A DNA stretch of 32,000 nucleotides from a virus: positions 39,024-71,023 of IMG/VR virus record IMGVR_UViG_3300029342_000256. The stretch is one strand, 5' to 3'. How positions within the stretch are numbered: position 1 is the first letter of the stretch; each line of letters opens with the position of its first letter. Both the position numbers and the translations under genes were made by a program. The notes beneath the pieces were generated by a model. That model worked only from the letters and a program-made list of their open reading frames with translations, searched no databases and was not told where the DNA came from. Positions 18,466-24,331 of the stretch are shown here, one piece after another.

Positions 18466-19537
18466 TCTCTCTTCGTGAGCTGCGCCACAGCATGAGCAGC
18501 ATCTCGCTGACCGGTCTGGTTCGGTCCTTCCTCACGGCTTTCCTCACGCATCGCAGATGCCCGCCGTCCGGGCAAAGCACACCGACGCCGTATGGCACAG
18601 TATCCTTCACCGCTTCGAAGACGTCTGCGGGCATAACGTAGTAGTTGTAGTCCGCGATGAAGTTGTGCCCGTTAGGAGATTTGAAATCCTCCACAGAGGA
18701 CTTGACCTCGTAGGCGTAGAAGTCCCCCTTCTCAATGCCGGAGGTCGAATTGTTGAGCGGCTGAAAGCGCATATAGTCCACGCGGATTTTGTGGTTCGTA
18801 GAGTAGTCGAATGTGACCTCTCTCGCCCAGTAGATGCGTGGGTCGTTGCGCGGGTCGATGTATCGCTCCAGCATGGCAGAGAGCTGGCGAGTGTGTTCCT
18901 TCCGGGTGAAGGCATCACTCGTTTCCGGACAGAATTGAGCTGGCTTTCCAAGGATGAAATGGAACGGCAGAGCCTTTTCCAGTACGTCGATAATATTCTG
19001 AAGGGTCCCCTGCCCGCATTGGCGCAGATTCTTCAGTTTGCCGCTCTCTATCAGTCGAACAACATCGCCGATACTTTGGGCACCACTGAACATAAGGCAG
19101 TTCTTGGTGCGAGTCGAGAAATTGAGGCACTGAAACGGAACAGAATCGCACAACTCCTCGATTTTTTTCCAGTTGCCATTCTCAATGGCCTCCTTCAAAG
19201 CAGAGGCGAGAGGGCTGCCTGCAAACCGGCGCATTTCTTTCAGGATACCCCCCGCATATTTGGGGTGACGCAGCCTCCTTATGGCGAGGTCGAAGCAAGA
19301 GTAGAACTTGCCGATGTCAATTTCCAGTGCGTTTGCGCATTGTGTTGGTGTAAGACCGTCGCGGTAGCGTTTTAAGATAGCTTCCCGCTCCAACTCAGGG
19401 AATGTGGCGATGGCAGCGTCTACAGCTGCGTCGAAAGAGTCAGAGAACTCAGCACACGGCATACACAAGCAATCCTGCATCAAATTCTTTCGCCATTCTA
19501 CTGACGAGCGAAGCAGGAAAAGCTCCTCAGTGTTCAT
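18413..19537 (-). CDS. Sigma-region-4-like HTH + helix-hairpin-helix + PD-(D/E)XK-like (MmcB-type) fusion protein
   Basis: FPELEREAILKRYRDGLTPTQCANALEI; SIGDVVRLIESGKLKNLRQCGQGTLQNIIDVL; IRVDYMRF...YAYEVKSSVEDFKSPNGHNFIADYNYYVMPADVFEAV. Confidence 0.65.
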   Translation of the reverse strand: MNTEELFLLRSSVEWRKNLMQDCLCMPCAEFSDSFDAAVDAAIATFPELEREAILKRYRDGLTPTQCANALEIDIGKFYSCFDLAIRRLRHPKYAGGILKEMRRFAGSPLASALKEAIENGNWKKIEELCDSVPFQCLNFSTRTKNCLMFSGAQSIGDVVRLIESGKLKNLRQCGQGTLQNIIDVLEKALPFHFILGKPAQFCPETSDAFTRKEHTRQLSAMLERYIDPRNDPRIYWAREVTFDYSTNHKIRVDYMRFQPLNNSTSGIEKGDFYAYEVKSSVEDFKSPNGHNFIADYNYYVMPADVFEAVKDTVPYGVGVLCPDGGHLRCVRKAVRKDRTRPVSEMLLMLWRSSRREIVGRRNKNDKETNDRQD

Positions 19538-19749
19538 TCCGCTCCAACCTCCTCGTCATACTCTTCCGGGGTGATGATTTCTATGTCTTCCGCACTGTAG
19601 CCCAGTGCGTCAAGACACAGAAGTTCCGCGACCTTCTCTTTGTTGATGGATGCAGCAATTTCCTCGTATGAGATATCCCTCTCTGCCGCCTCAAAGCTCA
19701 GCTGTACCACAAATGTGGGCAGCCGAAAACAAACTCTGTAATTTGCCAT
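19534..19749 (-). CDS. Hypothetical protein, 71 aa
   Basis: Small ORF overlapping the downstream gene start by 4 nt. Confidence 0.65.
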   Translation of the reverse strand: MANYRVCFRLPTFVVQLSFEAAERDISYEEIAASINKEKVAELLCLDALGYSAEDIEIITPEEYDEEVGAE

Positions 19750-19764
19750 TTTTTGAATCCCTCC

Positions 19765-20262
19765 TTAAAAATCGTGGACGTACTGCCAACTCTGCGGTGC
19801 TCTCGCAAGTGCGAAGCAGTCGAGGCTCTTGGGCCGGTCATAGGTCTGCACATCAGAGATGTGCCATCCGTATCCCACGCGGCCACAGAGGTAGTCCTCT
19901 GCTTGCTTCACGGTGAGGCAGGCGTCCTCATACAGTTTCCCCGCTGGGGTGTAGTTTCCAGGTTGTGCGTTGACACAGTATTGAAGCGGCGCGTTGCTGC
20001 CCATATAGCCCACGCGCACCACACGGTCAATTTCGGTACAGGTAAACTCCCCTACCACAAGACCGTTTGCCTTGTAGATTTTGCCGCCGCTATGGATTTC
20101 AAGAATTTCACCGGGCTTCTTTGTACCCTTGCAGGAGCAGTAGAGAAATACCATGAAGGGCGGCGTAAGGTTCGGTCTGGACAGGCGCAGCTCCACGGTC
20201 TTCTGGCCCGACAGGATTTTCTGGAGCCACTCAGGTCGGATGCTGAGCATGATGTTTTTCAT
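19765..20262 (-). CDS. ASCH-domain-like protein, 165 aa
   Basis: MKNIMLSIRPEWLQKILSGQKTVELRLSRP...GLVVGEFTCTEIDRV is ASCH/YqfB-like; RBS AAAGGAG before ATG at 20262. Confidence 0.65.
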   Translation of the reverse strand: MKNIMLSIRPEWLQKILSGQKTVELRLSRPNLTPPFMVFLYCSCKGTKKPGEILEIHSGGKIYKANGLVVGEFTCTEIDRVVRVGYMGSNAPLQYCVNAQPGNYTPAGKLYEDACLTVKQAEDYLCGRVGYGWHISDVQTYDRPKSLDCFALARAPQSWQYVHDF

Positions 20263-20303
20263 AGGAAAACTCCTTTCCGACGGCAAAAGCCGCCTTGTCT
20301 TGC

Positions 20304-20331
20304 TTGACAAAGCGGCTTGCTGGTGTATAAT
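20304..20331 (+). promoter_or_regulatory. Plus-strand promoter driving RNA antisense to the small toxin mRNA 3' end
   Basis: TTGACA-N16-TATAAT on plus strand. Confidence 0.65.
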
Positions 20332-20337
20332 AAAAGC

Positions 20338-20425
20338 AGAAAGGCGATACCGATAAGCGGTCAGCCTAAGAGAATAGAGTCAAACGAAATGACCGTCTTC
20401 CTTTGGCGAGGGGCGGTCATTTTCG
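20338..20425 (+). ncRNA. Candidate type I antitoxin RNA (antisense)
   Basis: Starts downstream of the 20304-20331 promoter and ends at the CGAAATGACCGTC..GGCGGTCATTTTCG hairpin overlapping the toxin stop region. Confidence 0.5.
20385..20425. terminator. Bidirectional terminator-like hairpin shared by toxin mRNA and antisense RNA
   Basis: CGAAATGACCG ... CGGTCATTTTCG. Confidence 0.65.
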
Positions 20426-20509
20426 TTTGCAAATCTGAACTATCAGACCCACAAGGCCGATGATAACAAGAGAATACGCAAAAAGCGATTCGTAAGTAAC
20501 CATTGGCAT
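20417..20509 (-). CDS. Putative holin-like type I toxin, 30 aa (absent from the ORF track)
   Basis: Minus-strand GGAGGGAGGTG RBS then MPMVTYESLFAYSLVIIGLVGLIVQICKRK*: single TM segment with a basic tail, typical of the holin-like toxin family. Confidence 0.75.
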   Translation of the reverse strand: MPMVTYESLFAYSLVIIGLVGLIVQICKRK

Positions 20510-20585
20510 CACCTCCCTCCACAGGGAAGTGCCGACCGCCTACCGTATATGGTAACGCCTTTCTGGCTCCTTTTGGAGCATTGTT

Positions 20586-20614
20586 ATCTTACCAAAAAGG
20601 CCCCGCTTTGTCAA
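20586..20614 (-). promoter_or_regulatory. Promoter for the small toxin gene
   Basis: Minus strand TTGACA-N17-TAAGAT. Confidence 0.65.
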
Positions 20615-20645
20615 TTTCTGCCGCCCACGGTTTATCCGCAGGCGG

Positions 20646-22040
20646 TTATTTTTTTGCCTCGGCTGCTGCATGGGGAAGCCGCACCCAGCCGCCCTTATGA
20701 CGAACAAGCTGGATTTTCTTCATGCTGACCATAAGCGGCTTTCCATCCGTGAGTAGGCTTAATGCCCTGCCATAGCTGGAGCAGCCCTTGGAAACGTATT
20801 TGCGATTGCCGTAGACCACGATATCTCCCGGCTGCATGGCATATCTCTGCTTTCTGGTCGAGGTTCGGCCCTTTGACTTCTTACAGCCACGGAACCGGCG
20901 CAGATTTTCGCCGTCAAGGTTATGATTGCGGTTCGTCCTGCCGGAGGACAGCTCGTTGCCAGAACGGATAACTCCCTTTTCCCGTGTGTCGTAATATTTG
21001 GCGTCATAGAATTTGGATAGGACTCTGTTGTTTCGCCTGTATTTCTGGAAGACCTCTGTTTCGCATCTGGCTTCCGGACGCAGCTCGCCCATGCAGTAGG
21101 CATCCGTAGCGCAGGAATACGGGAGGCCGAGGTTGGTGCGGACGCGCTTGGAGATGACGCCATAGGTCATGTGTACTTCCGCAACACCCTGGAAGCGAGC
21201 CATCGCACGCTGATAGAGAATCCAGCGCACGCTATTCATAAACGCTTCGCCGGTATATTTCCGCAGAGGCTTATCGAAGCCCCACAGCTTCCCGCCCTCC
21301 TTGTGATTGGCAGGTGTGTTGCACTTCTCGCAGCAGGTCGCAAGCTCCCTCATGCTGTTCCCATGCAGACCCTTCCAGTAGTAGGCGTGATGGACATGAA
21401 GGATAGCGCCGTCTTTCAGGCCTCTCTTGCAATACACACAGGTATAGTGGTCCCGTTCAAAGACCGCTTCCCGCAGCGTATCGTAGCCGTACTGCGGTCC
21501 ATGCTGATAGTCCTTGCCCTGCGGGACAGGTTCCCCTGCCTCCAGCGCCGCAAGGAGCTGTGTATCGTATGTCGCGGCCTTGATAAAGACATCCGTGACA
21601 GGCATGACAGACAGATAACGGGAGATAATATCCAGGTGCCGCTCCACCTTGTTGTCCAGAGACGGAGCAATCCAACCGGGCTTTTTGCCTGATACACGGT
21701 TATTGAACCGTGCAGCCCGATACCGCAGGCGGTTTCTGCGCGTCCGGCGGTACGCTCGGCAGTCGTCATGGCGAGAGCGCTCGTTCGTGAGCATATCATA
21801 TTGCTGCGATACGACCTCTTTTGCCTTTGTCTTAATGCTGACGCCGATATGCTCATATCCGGTGCCGACGCACATTTCGATGGGCTGGGTATAGGTACTG
21901 GTATCGTAGGTCAGCTGGATGGTGAACGGGTTCCGCTTCGCAATCACAGCGCGGCCATCCTTCAACAGATGGCGCACTTTGCCGTAATTTTCGGTCGGCA
22001 TCAGCCGTTCACCGTTTGCACTTAAAACACATACTGGCAT
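20646..22040 (-). CDS. iscB-like: IscB-family RNA-guided nuclease homolog (464 aa), RuvC catalytic residues apparently lost
   Basis: PLMP-type N-terminus (MPVCVLSANGERLMPTENYGKVRHLLKDGRAVIAKRNPFTIQLTYD), bridge helix RAYRRTRRNRLRYRAARFNNR, CxxC-bounded HNH region (CVYCK...LHVHHAYYWKGLHGNSMRELATCCEKCN), RuvC-III-like LGLPYSCATDAYCM. ATG at 22040 with AAAGGA RBS. Confidence 0.88.
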   Translation of the reverse strand: MPVCVLSANGERLMPTENYGKVRHLLKDGRAVIAKRNPFTIQLTYDTSTYTQPIEMCVGTGYEHIGVSIKTKAKEVVSQQYDMLTNERSRHDDCRAYRRTRRNRLRYRAARFNNRVSGKKPGWIAPSLDNKVERHLDIISRYLSVMPVTDVFIKAATYDTQLLAALEAGEPVPQGKDYQHGPQYGYDTLREAVFERDHYTCVYCKRGLKDGAILHVHHAYYWKGLHGNSMRELATCCEKCNTPANHKEGGKLWGFDKPLRKYTGEAFMNSVRWILYQRAMARFQGVAEVHMTYGVISKRVRTNLGLPYSCATDAYCMGELRPEARCETEVFQKYRRNNRVLSKFYDAKYYDTREKGVIRSGNELSSGRTNRNHNLDGENLRRFRGCKKSKGRTSTRKQRYAMQPGDIVVYGNRKYVSKGCSSYGRALSLLTDGKPLMVSMKKIQLVRHKGGWVRLPHAAAEAKK

Positions 22041-22064
22041 CTTATTTTTTCCTTTCACGCTGCG

Positions 22065-22234
22065 GGTGCAGTTTCCTGTCATTCGGTGGGGGACGTCAAC
22101 TGTGCGTGATGCTCCGTTTGCGGGGGGGGCTGCGGTATAGCTACCTGTCATTTGGTGGGATACGTCAACTACAATGGGCGCATCGGCTGGTCGCTTTGGG
22201 TATAGCTACCTGTCATTTGGCGGGGTACGTCAAC
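22065..22234 (-). repeat. Short CRISPR-like repeat cluster: three 26-nt cores (22075-22100, 22144-22169, 22209-22234), the last two extending to 36 nt
   Basis: Minus-strand repeat GTTGACGTAYCCCRCCAAATGACAGGTAGCTATACC; 29-nt and 33-nt unique spacers between the units. Confidence 0.7.
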
Positions 22235-22250
22235 CAGGTAGTTGGCATTT

Positions 22251-22586
22251 CAACGCTTAAAAATACGAAGATTCTCCTACTTAGGCAAACCAAAAAATTG
22301 GTAAATCAGCACTTACCGCTCACGCGGCGTTACTGTGGTCCACATCGCCAAGGATATACCGGGTTTGATGGTACGCACACTTCTCCTTCCCCTCAGAGAT
22401 GTTTAATACGCACCCGCAGAGCGGCGGACTTGTGGAGTATCCGCCGGTGCCTATGTATTCCGGCATATCGTAGCCTTGCGGCTGAGGCTTATTGACGAGG
22501 CTTACTCTCCTTGCGGGTCATAAGCCACACCAAATGACAGGAGGCTGAGCCGGAGTTTCCGGCGCACCCGCCCGCCATTCGGCGGG
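22251..22586 (-). ncRNA. Structured non-coding element copy 1 (candidate omegaRNA/HEARO-like or tracr-like RNA)
   Basis: Directly upstream of the iscB repeat cluster; near-identical to 23614-23949; many internal hairpins; no credible ORF. Confidence 0.72.
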
Positions 22587-22592
22587 GTAAAG

Positions 22593-22931
22593 CTAAAGAG
22601 CAGCGTCCTGATTGACAGGACATTCGAGACTCATGTTTTTTCTCTTCTCACAGGACTCTGCCTGCGACCACAAGCTGTTTGGCAGATTGAGCACCGTTAC
22701 GAGGACATCCCCGGCAAACAGATAGACGTGCCGGTGATATACTCGAATATTGTTGATGGTTTTGTTTTTGAAGCGGATGGATGTAAGGTATCCATTCAGG
22801 TGGCCTCTGGTCTCCGAGTGCTTCACGCCAAAGTCAAAGGCTTTCTGTGCATTGCGCACGGCTGCTCTTTTGCCGAGACCAGCACGCTGTTTTGTACGCT
22901 TCCTCGCGTGTTTACTTACCTGCGCTGACAT
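22593..22931 (-). CDS. Small basic protein, 112 aa (from MSAQVSKHARKRTKQRAG)
   Basis: Overlaps the stop of the 22912-23514 ORF; stop codon is 7 nt from the ncRNA copy 1 boundary. Confidence 0.65.
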   Translation of the reverse strand: MSAQVSKHARKRTKQRAGLGKRAAVRNAQKAFDFGVKHSETRGHLNGYLTSIRFKNKTINNIRVYHRHVYLFAGDVLVTVLNLPNSLWSQAESCEKRKNMSLECPVNQDAAL

Positions 22932-23514
22932 GGTTCGTATCATTCTGATGGACAGACACCGCGTTGCGATTGGCCTGCCGAATGAGCGACAGGATATCGT
23001 CCAGCCTGTTTCCGCCAAAGTACACAAGTAATGGCTGATACAGCGCCAATACCGCCACAACAAAGCAGACGGCATCAGCAGTACCCGCAGGGAAATCCGC
23101 CCGTGCCATAACTACAGAATACAGGCTTGCCAGCAGTACAATCGCCGCTGTGAGGGAAAGAACGGTATGGAAGAATAAAGCGAGCGCCTTACTCACAGCA
23201 CCGCAGTTGGCGAACTTCTTCTCCACGAAATACTTCGCAGCCGGCAAGCCCACCAGGACTGCCAGCAGCACAAGCTGGATACCAAGAGAGACTTTGGGAA
23301 TCTGGAACTCCCGGCTCTGGAAGAACAGCGTCACGCGGCTGCCGACGTTCAGTGTTTCAATGAGTAGGAATAGCCACAGAACCGCAAGCACCAGCGGTCT
23401 CGGCGCATTGAGCTTGCCCACGGCGAAATCGCACAACACCCATAGCACAATGAGTACCGCAAGCTGCGGCATCATGAGCCGCCCTAATTCCAGAGCAAAA
23501 CTAACAAAAGTCAT
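22912..23514 (-). CDS. Predicted membrane protein, 200 aa
   Basis: Several hydrophobic segments (LVLAVLWLFLLIETL, GIQLVLLAVLVGLPAAKYF, LSLTAAIVLLASLYSVVM, VCFVVAVLALYQPLLVYF); RBS AGGAGG. Confidence 0.75.
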   Translation of the reverse strand: MTFVSFALELGRLMMPQLAVLIVLWVLCDFAVGKLNAPRPLVLAVLWLFLLIETLNVGSRVTLFFQSREFQIPKVSLGIQLVLLAVLVGLPAAKYFVEKKFANCGAVSKALALFFHTVLSLTAAIVLLASLYSVVMARADFPAGTADAVCFVVAVLALYQPLLVYFGGNRLDDILSLIRQANRNAVSVHQNDTNHVSAGK

Positions 23515-23544
23515 TGTTCATTCCTCCTGAAAAATTTACCGATT

Positions 23545-23617
23545 CCTGTCATTTGGTGGGGGACGTCAATCCTGCGGGCCAGATGATACTCCCTGTCATT
23601 TGCTGTGGCACATCAAC
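23545..23617 (-). repeat. Second repeat pair: 23545-23570 and 23592-23617 (21-nt spacing)
   Basis: CCTGTCATTTGGTGGGGGACGTCAAT and CCTGTCATTTGCTGTGGCACATCAAC (plus strand) match the 22075-22234 repeats. Confidence 0.65.
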
Positions 23618-23949
23618 GATTAAAAAGACGAGAATTCCCCTACTTGAGAAAACCAAAGATTTGGTAAATCAGCACTTACCGCTCACGCGGCGTTACTGTG
23701 GTCCACATCGCCAAGGATATACCGGGTTTGATGGTACGCACACTTCTCCTTCCCCTCAGAGATGTTTAATACGCACCCGCAGAGCAGCGGACTTGTGGAG
23801 CATCCACCGGTGCCTATGGATTCCGGCATATCGTAGCCTTGCGGCTGAGGCTTATTGACGAGGCTTACTCCCCTTGCGGGTCATAAGCCACACCAAATGA
23901 CAGGAGGCTGGGTCGGAGTTTCCGGCGCACCCGCCCGCCATTCGGCGGG
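23614..23949 (-). ncRNA. Structured non-coding element copy 2
   Basis: 279/286 identical by hand alignment to 22301-22586 over 23664-23949, no indels; the remaining ~50 nt are more diverged. Confidence 0.72.
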
Positions 23950-23957
23950 AGTGCAGA

Positions 23958-24329
23958 CTAATTGTTGTAGGAATTGAAGGGGCAAAGCATACACTTTTGC
24001 AGGTCCTCGCCGCAGAACTGGCAGAAATCCACCTCGCTTTCCCGCATCTTCTCAAAGATGGCGGCGAAGTTCGGCCAGTGGAAGCCCAGCGCCTTTCCGA
24101 GACTGTCGAGAAGCACATCCTGTGATAGGGCGGAAAACAATTCCGCGTCGCACAGCGGTTCGTCTGTCTCCGAATTGATGGGACAGACGATAACAGAGCC
24201 GCCGGTGATGTCTTCCCGCCATTGCGGCGGTGTTTCCCGGATGGTGTTGCCCTCCGTGTCCACAGTTTTTCTGGCCACCGTGTAGACGCCGCGCTGCACT
24301 ACGACCGTGCTGCTCTTTGCATCCGGCAT
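23958..24329 (-). CDS. Hypothetical protein with C-terminal zinc-finger-like Cys pairs, 123 aa
   Basis: FCQFCGEDLQKCMLC; AAAGGAG RBS. Confidence 0.7.
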   Translation of the reverse strand: MPDAKSSTVVVQRGVYTVARKTVDTEGNTIRETPPQWREDITGGSVIVCPINSETDEPLCDAELFSALSQDVLLDSLGKALGFHWPNFAAIFEKMRESEVDFCQFCGEDLQKCMLCPFNSYNN

Positions 24330-24331
24330 TT

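Noticed and set aside
22041-22151. N-terminal extension of the 501-aa iscB ORF
   Set aside because: The extra 37 residues are a translation through the repeat cluster; the conserved IscB N-terminus begins at the ATG at 22040, which has its own RBS.
22065-22234. Calling this a confirmed CRISPR array
   Set aside because: Only three cores with diverging repeats, unequal spacers, and no Cas1/Cas2 in the window. I report it as CRISPR-like only.
22016-23858. Plus-strand ORFs 22016-22495 and 23514-23858 sharing LVNQHLPLTRRYCGPHRQGYTGFDGTHTSPSPQRCLIRTRRAADLWSI
   Set aside because: Their similarity only reflects the duplicated ncRNA element. Starts lie in unrelated sequence and the nucleotide pattern favours RNA structure, not coding.
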